The notes beneath the pieces were generated by a model. That model did no database searches, was not told the origin of the DNA, and saw only the letters and a list, made by a program, of their open reading frames with translations. Source: Eimeria praecox (Eukaryota). Taken from it: DNA of 64,000 nucleotides. Positions 51,101 through 63,300 of this stretch are shown here, piece after piece (the first letter of the stretch is position 1; each line of letters begins with the position of its first letter). The DNA is taken from assembly GCA_963920595.1 (NCBI GenBank), contig OY986947.1, positions 124,001 to 188,000 of the forward strand. The letters are read 5' to 3'. The position numbers and the translations under genes are program-made.

Positions 51101-52850
51101 CACTCCTTATTGCTGTTTGCACCCCTCCCCAGAAACGTTCAGCACGCGGGTGCAGGCAAAAGCCAACGGCCATAATACGCCAACACTCATACCATTCGTC
51201 GCCTCAACTATGCATCCTACTCAAAGCTGTACAGCAATATTCTCTGCTTCTTACGGTATCCAAACCCACCACTTGTGCAACAACATGCACATGCCGCACA
51301 ATTGGCCAAGTGCGGTGAGCTGCCACTGCTCAAGCTTCACCTCCCAGCGCAATGCCCTGCTTCAACCGCCGACCGAACCTTTTCGTTGGCACTTCATCGC
51401 ACCCCCAGCACTCTTTCCGCGTTCAACATGCGGGTCTATGCAACAGCCAAAAACCACCGTGTGCAAAGCTATCCTCACCGTGAAAGATACGTTCTGCGCA
51501 GACTTGCACAATAATATTCTCTGCTTCTCACGGAGTTCAAACCCACTGTCTGCGCCACCACATCCCCGTGAAACGCATACACCCGACTACGGTGGACTGC
51601 AACCCCACTGCGTATGCTCTACCAACCTAACCAGCTTCTTACTCCAGCCTCCACTGCAAAGACTCCAGCAGCCGTTGCCGAACAAACCAGCATCTTCTTT
51701 CAACGCAGACACGCGTGCAGCGCATGCCCATTACCTTGGCCGCACGTACACTGCTTGCTAAGTATGCGGGGGCATAACTGCAGACTGGTCGAAGCCAACC
51801 CGTCAGATCTTGGCATTTCCCGATACTCGCCCACTGCACTTCAGTTGCAATATTAGTTCACTATTTCACACATTCAAGCATTCACCAGTGCACTCCGATC
51901 AACACTAGAGGCAAAGGGTCCGCACGCAGTTTGCACACAGAATAACGATAAAGGCCTTTCTGCAGCATAACGAGCATCATCTCGAGGGATAACAACCGCA
52001 TCACAAAGCTATTCTTAATGAATCGCCTTGCGCTTGCAGCGCTGCATTCAACTCCCTTGCCAACACCAGTGGTCTTTGTAAAGGCTGCTGCTGCGTTGGT
52101 GCGCCCGTTCCAAACCGTTTGCCATGCAATACAACAAGACTGCCACTGTCCTACCAGCGCTCCTAACAAAGAGGCAATTGCCCAATAAGTGAACCGCAGT
52201 GCGTTCGACATGCGCGCTGCAGGTTCGATGCCTCTCCACCTTTCTGCACGCTCTCAAGCACGCACTCGGACACCCCGGCAACCCCCCGTCAGACCGAATA
52301 CTGACCCTTGTCGCGTAGCCCTCAACAGAAGCCGCCGTGGCCTTCCTTCCTCCGTAACTCCTTTCTTTGCACCATCAACACCCGTGGCCGCTTTATAACA
52401 CTTTCCTAGCCAGCAGCCAAGAACCGGCAACCCCCCACCTCAACCACGTGTCCTGGGCGGGACGGTACCGTAGCGTTATTCTCTTTTCACGGCTTTCAAA
52501 CGCACCCTCTCCGCCACCACATACCATGCAGCGCACATGGCGGTGTACGGTGCACTGACTGCCGTTCCACTTATCACATTGCTCGTTCCTACACAATACC
52601 ATACTTCAGATTACACTGCAAAATCCCGAGGCGCAGCTGTCGAACAAACCGGATGGCGTCGATTCGACAGGCGCTGGCTAGCAGCTCTTACACGGTATTT
52701 GGCCTCACTTCTACAGCGTTTGCTCAATGAGCGGAAGTAAGTGCACACCAAAGCACGCGCACCAAACAGCGATGTTTCCCGGCCTTGGCCCACTGCATTG
52801 CAGCGTAAAGCAACACGTATAGTCAAGTGGGTAACTTCCATTTGGAGACT
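48150..52850 (-). pseudogene. Array D: 4-5 diverged ~1.0-1.3-kb units of decayed coding-like sequence
   Basis: The anchor (g/c)cgccac occurs at 49095, 50212, 51552 and 52511. Minus-strand peptides align: FAMVPFLGQRLGQWEARSAWRAVWHG / FAMIPLLGARVGKGQSCCTGWRTVWAN / WAIASLLGALVGQWQSCCIAWQTVWNG / AFWTAWHG, and LEKSLYRY...LTGVHW / LQKGLYRY...LIGVHW. Confidence 0.75.
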
Positions 52851-55800
52851 AGAAGCCCAACACAATTCACAGCTACAACGGCATGCGAGAAAGCTATTGG
52901 CTGGCTGCATTAACAGGTTACCTGGCGCATCACCGAATGTCCGGAGCGCCAGCACAGCTTTTCCGGCAGCTTAAGTGTAGCAGTCGCAGGTATGCATTAC
53001 TGCGCGACACCGAAGGAGTGTGGAACTGCGCCTAAGCCAGTACTCATCTGGGCTTGTGGTCCATGGTCCTTTGGATGCGTATCAGTCACTCTGTAAATTC
53101 ACAGTTTATGCAACGAGCACATTTGTTTCGAATGGTGAACTGGACCTTTGCAAAATATAGTCCCCTAGCTGCAGTGTCATATTCCCGTGCTACCTGTACT
53201 GTTAAGGCTTCTCGAGCACCATGCGCTGTGGCAAGAACGTAGTTTCAATGAAAGAGACCTTGCCACCAGGAACGCCTAGACGTCCCCATCTTCACCTATT
53301 CTAGGCGCAACCAAATTTGTGGATAGTCCACTGGGATACAGTTTTACAGTGAACGATTCTGAGTGGTCGGGTGCAGAGCAGTGCTTTTGCACAGCCCGCA
53401 TACGCAAGCGCCAGTTGCGTAAATGAGAATTTCCCCTGGACGGCCACAGATGCAAGACTTATGTATAATCCCCCACACAGCAGCCCGTTCCTTAATGATG
53501 CGAAAATACAAAAAATATCGCTGTACTTGGATTGCACATATAACTCACTGCCTGGAACGTAGCACCAAAGAACAGGCGCATTCTGGTTGAAGCTGCAAGG
53601 CCATGCCCATTTCTGGCATGCGACGTCATCTGCAGTCGCTGTAGGTCTTTCCGTTGTGTCCGTTGTCCGGCTTTCTCGCTCGTCTGCAGGGACTTGTCAC
53701 AAGTCCAATTAGTAAATCCTCCTTTCTCCTGGTACACCATGTGCATCCGGCTCGCACTACGTTGCTTCCGTAATGTGCTCCATATGCTAAAGCCCAAATA
53801 CGATATTGCACTAACATGTAAGGAGATCCGTTCGTTCTTTTACAAATAGGGGATCCCGATCCTTCGATTCGCACCCAGGAATGCATCAAATATCGTCGAT
53901 CCCTCGCGCTGCTGTCCCTGGGCATTTAAAATGGCTAGTGTATGGACTGCTCAATCAACGACGTCCCCGTACCTCTGGAAAAACCGCTGCTCCGTAGCAA
54001 CCGGCAGCATCGCAAGAACTTGATTGGGGATGTAGTAAGTCTGCCATCTACTGCCCTTGCAGCGCGAGAGGCAGAAAAGCAGCCGCTAACGCGCCGGGGA
54101 AACGAGGCAAGCTATTACTAGAAGCTGCGTCACTCTAGATCCTGCATTTCAAACGGAGTCCGAACGCGTTTAAAGTGTCCTGGAAGGCTTTAAAACCCCC
54201 ATATGTTTCTGTGCATAAGAAACACGGATCTTTCGTATCATCCCAGTGCTGCCTGTGCCAAACTCTCGAGTCACCGCCGTCACATAGCATTCGCTGCTAA
54301 TGCTTTTCAGCTGGTCATTCAAAGGGATATGATAGAGGCCCCGTTTGTTAAGGCTGATCTTAGTCTTTGCTCGCTACACTGCTAATGGTCTTTGCCGAAA
54401 GCTAACAAGATTCACAGTAGCAAAGGGCTCTTTATATCTGTCTAACTCCAACCTTGCTTCGATGCACTACACGCGTGGTCGGCAGAGAAAGCAAGCTTAC
54501 TTCCTGAGCCGCACGCTGTCGAATATTGAAGCAACAACGCTCTTGGACGAGCAGTTGTAAAGCACGGTGTGCTTCCTATGTAAGGTACCTGCATGGGCCT
54601 CTTGCACTGCCGCCTGTCGAAAACAGTCGCCCACTTTTGCCAAACTTCAGCGCTTTTAGAGCTTGCGTTTCATCCCCAGTATGCAACTTCTTTTGCTTAA
54701 ACGTACAACCTGACTCACCATCGGTCAGCATTACCAGTGTGGAAACCTGGTCTCTACCCTGAGGTGCACTACCACAATAGCACAGCGTGACTTGCTGGAA
54801 GGCAAGCATATGTGCAGTAAAGCAATAAAGGCAAGACCAAGTCACCCCCCACATATGCATACTACTAGGCGGTGCTACTGGTTTTTCACTGAGGTAAAAC
54901 GCACAATCTGTAATGCGAAGAGTTGCTTCATGGCCTGTCTTGTGTCTGCAGCGGTGCCGGCACTTTAAGGCAGCTGCACGCATGTGGCTCTTGATTGTCA
55001 TAGCCATTACGCCTATCGGCCACAGTTCATCCGCCGTAATTGCAGAGGGATTCCGCATCAAACTGCAGCAGAACGTGCTAATAAAGCTTTAATTCAACAT
55101 GGTAACAGAGCCATAACGACAGCCATCTCAGATCCTGTAAAGTCGAAACAGCAGGATAAATGGGCTACGCTTGTAATGATTCACGCTGCCAAGAAGCGTA
55201 AAGATTCCACAAGCAATGCCGCACGACTCAACTCGGTGGGCACCTGCAATAAAATGGAACAGCCAGCACGTCGCTAAACACGCTGCTGCGCCTTAGCGCC
55301 TGCTAGCATGTGCTTCACCATAAGAAACTGTTTTCTGCATTATTCGACGCAGGCTATGATTCACAGTTTGAAAATGCAGCTGGCGCGAAGGACAATCGTT
55401 TATGAGCACTGCATAGCTGAGCAGCGAGACCATCGGCCACCTGTGGGAACGCGAATATCACTCTTTCTTGATTTAAGCTAGCACAAACCTAGAACTGCGC
55501 TAAGCGCCAACTTGTTCGTTGCCACATTTTACCACATTACTGCAACTCACATGTTCCCATTACTGTGTTGTTGTCTCTGTGTTTAACGTACAGAACAGTA
55601 TATCAATGAACCTGACTCCTAATAGCTGTGTTCAACAGAGTTCCAGCCCAACGTCACTTCTCATGCTTTGGTGTGATCCCTTTGCGCTTGCGCTCTCGGC
55701 GTCTGCGTTGAGGTTCCGCAGCTAACGCATCGAGCAAACAGAATTGATGGCCGTTTGTTCATTCTATGCGATCATGAATAAAAGGTATTTCGCGAAAGGC

Positions 55801-56010
55801 GCACTTTCTGTGTTAACAGAGCACGCGTCTACGAAATAGTCTCCAGGTGATGCAGCGCATCATATTACGGTTCCAACGTAGCTGCCGGCAGCATGTACAT
55901 TTCAACCTAAGTTGGCTTCGGGAATGCTTCTTCCATTAGCTGTCCAGTATGGCTCTAATTGCATACACCTCCGCCACACAGCATGTTAATACGGCCACGA
56001 ACATATTTAA

Positions 56011-56048
56011 GCCTCTGTGACGCTGTTTGGAAACAGCGTCAGCGAGGC
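56011..56048. other. Inverted repeat: perfect 11-bp core plus a 5-bp outer stem
   Basis: gcctc-tg-tgacgctgttt-gg-aaacagcgtca-gc-gaggc. Confidence 0.85.
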
Positions 56049-57900
56049 ATTGAATTTTATCCTGCAACCAAGCTGCGAGACGCCATTGTCCCTGTGGCTG
56101 CATGACCAGTTCTACATGCGGCGGTGTATACCAGCAGGTTACAGAAGCAGGCTTCAGTCTCTTGGCAATTATTAAGGGCCTGACACCGCTCAACCAAGTG
56201 CGTACATCCTGCGCATAACAGTGGGGTGACTGTAGGAGAAAACTGCTTGTGTCGCAAGTAGCAAGCAATATGGCAATACATGCTACGGCGACGGCTCATT
56301 TTTCTCCACCGGCGAAAGTGCACGCTGATCCTGGTTCAAAGAGGCGAGTGCCCCAAGGCATATAGGAAGTAGCTGCTGCGACCAACAGCATGACAAACAT
56401 CTCTATAAAGGGCACCGTTCAGTCGGAGGAAGACTTTTCCTGCAAGGTGTCAATGCGTTGGCGTAGCTCGAAAAAGCGAGTTAATTCAAAGTACTATTAA
56501 AAATATTAAATGTGGGTGCTTCAAGCGAAACAGTGGCCAGAGGCGCATCTGCGTCACATGGTATCCCAAGCAGGGTGCACAACTACACTAATGGAATGGC
56601 AGCACAACCTCACACTGCCAATGGCCATCGAGCTGAACGCAAAATCTGTCTTTAGTAGCTAGTAGTAACTTATTACAAATTACATTTGTACCCTTCTGGT
56701 AAGGAAAAACCGCTGGGCTGTGGCGCCTATGGCTGAAGGCCTTTTGCTGGTTGTGCGCGTTAGAACTCCATCGGGACGCCACACGGCAGTTGAAATACAG
56801 CGATATTCAATGCCTATTTCAGTTGGGTCTTTCGCTGCTGGAAATATATTGCAATGGGAAAGATAACGCCTACACAAAATGCACCATCCCAATAGCGATG
56901 CGACATTACAGGATTGCCACGCCATCAGGGCTTTGGCCTTGTATACCCGGCAATCACAGCAACTAACATGGAACATACTTCGCGTTTACCAACGCCCCTT
57001 AATAAACAAAAACGCCCACACTCAAATGCCTTGCAGGATGAAGTGCCGTATCTACGTTATGACCTGAGCTCTGCTTTGCACCATATGGCCAAAAGCACGA
57101 ATGATCATCAACACTTCGAACCTGTGGACAGCCGCTGTGATTTTTATGCGGTTAAATCGAATTCAACTGACAAACTGTTGAGAACGACAGCATGGCAATT
57201 CGGCAAATAAACTCTGTGTGAACGATGGCTTGCTTCCTTGGAAGGTAGGGCAGCACAAAGGCGGTTAGCTCGGAGGTGCCGGTAAACGTTTCTACAGCAG
57301 CGCTACAGGTACAAGCAGAAACGTTGCACATAGCGGAACACGTATGAGACGTATGAGGTGCCCGTGCCGCTGATAAGCACGAAAAATTGCAAGCATATAT
57401 GCAAATGCACAAGTCTACCTCATCACAAGCCAACACACTGCGGAGCCCTGAACGGGAAAAATGCAACAATCAGCGTCGATTAGATCGTGCAGCCCTCAAA
57501 CCTACCCTTGTTCTTCGTCAAGTAGTCACGCCCACAGTGTTGCCAGTTTGCACCTCCCAACGCACACAGCTTGACAGCGTGGGAGTCCAAGGCCTTGGGG
57601 ATCTCTGGATGTTATGCACGGTGCTTCCTTACAGCACCATATAATTCGCTGTAGTCGCGCTAAGCAGTGTGCCACTAACAGACACACCAGTGTTTTGGTG
57701 GGTTAATCCAGAAACAGCTTCACATTATCGGAGCCAAAGCTCACGTGAGATAAACCACGTACCTCTGGTGTGGGTGCTCCTAGTAGCTTTTTGAAGTAAG
57801 CGCACGTTCGGGGAACAAATGGATTGCTATGTCATCTACGGTGTGCTGAACGGATTCATCTGGCCAGAGAGCGTGCGCGCGAGCATTATATGTTACACTG

Positions 57901-57995
57901 GCGAGCAGCCAGCTTCAAGTGGAGCTCATAAATATGTTTGTGTACGCTGCCTACACAACCATATTTATGAGCTCCGCTTGATGCTGGCTGCTCGC
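57901..57995. other. 95-nt long hairpin (44-bp stem, 7-nt loop)
   Basis: 57901-57944 pairs with 57952-57995 without gaps: 41 Watson-Crick pairs, one T-G (57920/57976) and two mismatches (57914/57982, 57937/57959). Confidence 0.97.
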
Positions 57996-58980
57996 GTATG
58001 CCGGAACCAGGGTGGAGCATCCACCAACAACCTTGTTTTCATGGATGCAGAGAGAAACGAACCAGCAACAGCCATTTTTCCAAGCAGCCTAAACAGTCAA
58101 ACGGCATTCTGATGCACCAAAGCTTTCTAATGCGGCACCACAAACCTGTTGGCATTGCTCCTAGCATGTGGCACGCGAGTTCACGAGGTTGCATAACGAC
58201 GGCGAGTAACGGGGATTCCCGTATTGGGCCATCCAATGCGTGCTGCGTCAAATGAAATTCGTCATCATTTTGGAAGCCCGGTAGGCAGCAAGCTTTGCAG
58301 CTTGCAAGTGTGACCACGGCTTTCCGCATAAATACTGGCAGTGCAGTTGGGGTTGATTCTAGCCGCAGTACTGATGCTTCCCTGCCTTTCTTTATCCGGC
58401 TGTGCATACTGCAGCAAATGGAAAGAGCAGATGTATTAGAGCAAGAACGCGCGATGTCCCAGTGGGATACACCGGCTATCCTGCTCTGCTGTACTGTACA
58501 AGGCAGCATCAGCAGCGCCTACACCACCTCTTGACCAGCAGAGGTAGCTCATAGCCGGCCTCAACAAATTACTCAATAGTTTGTCCCACCAAAAGCCCAT
58601 TTTCTCCCGTTGTTAACCACTACATCGAAACGCAGACGACCACAAGAAAGAAGCAATGCATATCAACTCCCCGAAGGACAGCCCCCGCAGCTGCCAACAA
58701 CAACAACAAAATGTGCCTTTGCGAAGTAGCCTGCAAGACGCTGTCACCAAATACAAGTGCAAATGCCCTGGTTCCTAATCCACTCATTGCACTATTCCGA
58801 CCAAACACTCTCTTTTCCCCCAGCGGCTGTGCGGTTTCTCCCCATCCTAGCCTCCGCCTTCGCCCTCGCCATCAGCAGCAACATACACACTGCGCGACGT
58901 CAGCAGACTACAAACACGCATAATTATAGCAAGACCTTCAACATGTGAAGCTGCCACACCCTGCCAAATTTTCTGACGCT

Positions 58981-60340
58981 CTAACAGCGGCGCGCGTAGG
59001 GTTCCGTACTAATTTGCTCAAACAGAACAAACCACGTTAATTGCTCAAAGCAAAGAAGCATGATTAGCTGTGGCCCTACAATGCCAAGGATACCTGCAAG
59101 CCCAAGCATGCTCTCTGAAGAAGGCCCGCAAACATCCCACAATCCCACAGCCTTACGAGACCTAGTTCTGCAGAACACTGCAGAGCTTTCTCCACCGACG
59201 CAATCAGAATTTCGGCATGTTTCCGCATATATGAACTGGTCGGTTTCAAGCATCCAACTTGTTGAGCCATATGCTGCCGAAAATCCGACGCCAAAATTCG
59301 ACTTATCAGTGGAGACAAGGCCTTCGGCCCAGGCAGCCAAAAACAGCCATCTGCGTCGAAATGTGGCTTCAAACTCTTGTCTACACACGCGTGAAGTGGC
59401 AAGCACCTCCCAACAGCGCTTTAAGTCGGCGTGAGTGTGCTGTTGCGGACTGCTTTCAAACCATGGCGCTGCCTTCAAACAGGTGCCCAATCCAGGTAAT
59501 TCAAGGGCTGCATCTCCACGCACTTTCTTAACACATGGGGCGCATTGTTTAGATATTCCGCAAGCTGGCCTGTTCCTCTTGGCTGTCCTTGAAAGACGCA
59601 AGCCTCACCTTGCGAGAACAGTGCTTTGCTAGGTGCTCGCCATCCAACGAAGTGGTGGCGATCGTAGCCCCATCTAGCAAGCATGACCATGCAAAGATGT
59701 TCCACAAAATCGGCATCAACAGCAGCAAAGCACCACCGCCATAGAGGCCGCAACAGCCGAAGACGCCGCCGTACATCTAGCCTGCCTCTTTGCAGCTACA
59801 CCAACAGAAGCAAGTTAACAAGCAATCGTGCTTTTCCTGATATGCAGCGGATGTCAGCTGGCACCTGCAAATGCACCTTCGCATGGCGCTGCTCATACCA
59901 AAATGTCAAACAGTCAGCGTTTGTCTGTTCCATGGTAATGCATGACTCGCAGCAGCGCTTAGCAAAGCCAACTGATGCACTGCTTGTGCAAATGCAATTG
60001 CCTACCAACATGGCGTTCTCCAGCCCTCGCTGATTAAGCACCCCGCGTTAAATTCGCTTCCCCTTATTGACCATCTATTGCGGACAAACCAGTTCAGTTC
60101 ACAACGAGACTCAGAAACGCAAAGACTCCGCATTAATGGGCTCACGTGTGATATTTCCATGCCGGGAGACATGTTCAAATCATTGACGAATATCTTGTTC
60201 CATGCAGCTTGCCGTATGCGCACCTCCTGCGTTGCGCCAAACAAAAAGCATCTATTAAACCGGATGCAATAAGCATGAGTACTACGCGAGGAGCTGAGGC
60301 GGTTTAAAGGGAATAAATCAACCCTAATCTCTAGATGCAA
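58981..60340 (-). pseudogene. Array E reading-frame remnant (chain of ORFs of 112, 81, 92 and 206 aa linked by stops and frameshifts)
   Basis: 59796-60041 and 59475-59753 are in one frame, and 58981-59601 is open for 206 codons. In the sister copy an 8-bp insertion (~63517) breaks this frame. Confidence 0.5.
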
Positions 60341-63300
60341 AATTGCCTCTTACTGCAGTGACCTAAACACCACAGTGCTTTGCCGCTCCAGCACCACATG
60401 ATGCGAGCTAATTACTTCGGTGGTGCCAACATAGACTGACGTCGACCATCGTGTCTGTTTGCATCCCTCACAAATATTGAATGCACAGATGCAAAGATGA
60501 ATGAGTTATACGAAACTACCCTCATCTTCAGGATGCGCGTAAACTAAGCAGAACGCGTTTCGAGCGAAACTGTCCGCAGAAAAACCGCGTAGCAGTTACG
60601 CTGCCTAATGAATGGCCATATGGACCTAGCCTGGTTCCCATCAGCAAATGGGGAACCTGGTGGCCAGCCATCGCTCAGCAGCCTGATCCCTAAAGCGTGT
60701 TCTATGGAAAGATCAAGCACTGGGCACCTAGTACACACATCGCGAGCCCCTAGCAAAACAAAACCACTTGTCCTGCCGCACGGCGCCTTAAACGTACTAC
60801 CGCAACCGCAAGCAAGCCTCCTCCTAACACAGTGTATTGCTCCACTCCGTGCTGCTCATTAAGCTCTGCCTGCATCAGAGCCAAAACGCATGGATTGTCA
60901 TGCCACCGGCTACAACGCACCCGCTGTTAGGAGGACGTTTGCGCGTCATGCAAAAGGCACCCAAACGTTCTTTTTTCAGAAACACGCTTCAATGACCCCA
61001 AGCGTGACCTACTTCAAGCCCACGGCGACGTTGTCCACCAGAGCGAGAGCAGCGTTGCTTACCTGCATGCAAATAAGTAGCTTCTCTGCAAAGCGGAACT
61101 GCACAGCAGTACCTCTGGGGACAAACGATGCATTGCACACCTCCAACGGTGGAGTCGATGGAAATGCTTGCGGCTGGACAGGATGCTCGCCAGACGTGTT
61201 TCAGCATAGCACCACCTAACTAGAGCCCAAATCCAGCTGGAAAGGATTGACGCACTTCCTGAGATCGTAAACAACGTGCAGCGCTCAGGGTGTGACTAGT
61301 GCCGTTTGGCGTTCCCCATGGTTGAATGCGCTTCTCTATGGGGCGATGCAGCTTCCACCCGGCTATCTAAATCCATGATGCAGTCCACTGAGACTAGTCC
61401 AATTAACCTTCTCCTTTTACGGCAGTCGCCGTAAGCAGGCACAGCCCTGCCACATGCAGGCTCTACTGCAGACAAACAGACCATCCTTACTTTTGCATCG
61501 CCGTCTTTAATTCTGCACCTCCTGCTGGTGCAGGAACATTCTCCGACACCTAGAGAACAATCGACCGAAACGTGCTCGAAATAGCTCTGCGTCATCCTCG
61601 CTTTCGCTCTTCAGTTGCTGCTGCAACCTCCCGTTAGCCCGCGTTAAATAATGCCCAACACCGAAACACATGTTCACATCCACACTGCTTACCGACATCC
61701 GCCGCAAGTAGCATACAACCACTGCGCTTAACTGGGCGTCCAGATAGAGGCAGTCTTAGGCACCTCCAACCTTCAAAGTGTCGTCAACACAGCCAACCGC
61801 ACGACGAAGGCACTCTGGCCACAAACCTGCCATAGCATGGCTGTCCACCCACCTCCTGTATTTCAGAAAGTGCGACGACTGTTCAGGGCCTTGAGAAATT
61901 AAACAGCTGCCCTTCATCACCTCTCAACATTGTATCTACATAGCAGCCTGCATCACGCGACTTGGTGAAAGATCTTCAAACGGCACTGGCACCCCAACCA
62001 GCTCCATACCTCAGTTCCGCACCCTCCTCGCCTTGCTGGGCTTGCGTCGAACTACTGCCTATTCAACGGCTCCCTTTTCTTGACAACGTTGGCATTGACG
62101 CCCAATGCGAGTCTCCATAGCTGGCGCGAATACACCAAAAATCGAACAGTCGTTAGCGCAGAGTGCTGACACACAACTAGGCCACTCGGGTTCACAAATG
62201 CGCTCCACCGTGCATTCCGATGCACGACCAAATGCACTATGCAAACTAATGAGCGCGTGTGCAGGATGTCGAAGCTGGCACAATAAATGGAGACGCTCCG
62301 AAACCCACACTCGTCGTTCCATCCGCAAGAAGGGCCTAACACACATTACGGCGTTATCAGCCTACGATTAGCCTACGATTATCGGGAGGCCCTTCCAACT
62401 ACGTTGGCCTAGCCTCGCCACGTAGGCATAGCGCACCCACACACCGAATCTCATCAGGTGAACCGTTCACACTCAGAAGCTCAATCCAAATCAACAATTC
62501 TGACTTCTCATTCGAACAAAGCCGCCACTCCCAACAGGTGCGCAGCTACACATGTTCTTCGGTACTTCAGTGCCGAAGTCCGCATCCGACAAAGATTCCC
62601 CCACTGTATATCTGCTCACGCAACGTTTCCCTCAAGGATGCTGCAAACTGTTTCTGTTCAAGCGCACGTCAGGGGCGTCAGGCACCGTTTGCAGAAGTTA
62701 CGTACCACCTGCATCACACTAGTAGCTGGCGAATTCAAGGGCTGCGAAAGGCTGTCTGACAATTGTGCTGCATTATTTGACCCAATGGCACAGGCCCGCC
62801 GGATTAGCCAGCTAGCAGTCGAACATCAATGGATATTCCGCTCCTAACAGCGTGCACTCGTGGCCAGATGCCGAACCCCAAACACCGCAAGGCAGCGCTG
62901 TTGGCCATTTCCTCACAAACCCGGCAGCAATAATAACGAAAAAGTGCATATCAGTTTCTCGAAATCACGGCGCAACAACCCGCCAAAAGACTATCAGCTT
63001 GCGCTCGTGTGCAGCTGCCCGCCAGAAAACCCCAACATAGCCAAATGCGCTTGTTCTGGTGACCGGCACGCTTATTTTACCAGGGACTGCCCTTTCTTCA
63101 CAGCAGCTGAGCTGCGTCTCCCCATTCTAGCCTCCGCCTCCGCCCTCGCCACCGACAACGACGCACAAGCTGCTTGGAGTCGGCAGACTACAAGCACGCA
63201 TAATTATAGCAAGACCTTCAACATGTGCCGGTGCCACACAGAATGAACCCTGCAAAATTTGCTGACGCTCTAACAGCAGCGCGCGTAGGGTTCCGTACTA

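Noticed and set aside
50847..51761. 304-aa plus-strand ORF, the longest outside the microsatellite
   Set aside because: It is antisense to the frame conserved across array D, is not open in sister units and has no recognisable domain. The C-rich, G-poor strand makes stops rarer. Not fully excluded without expression data.
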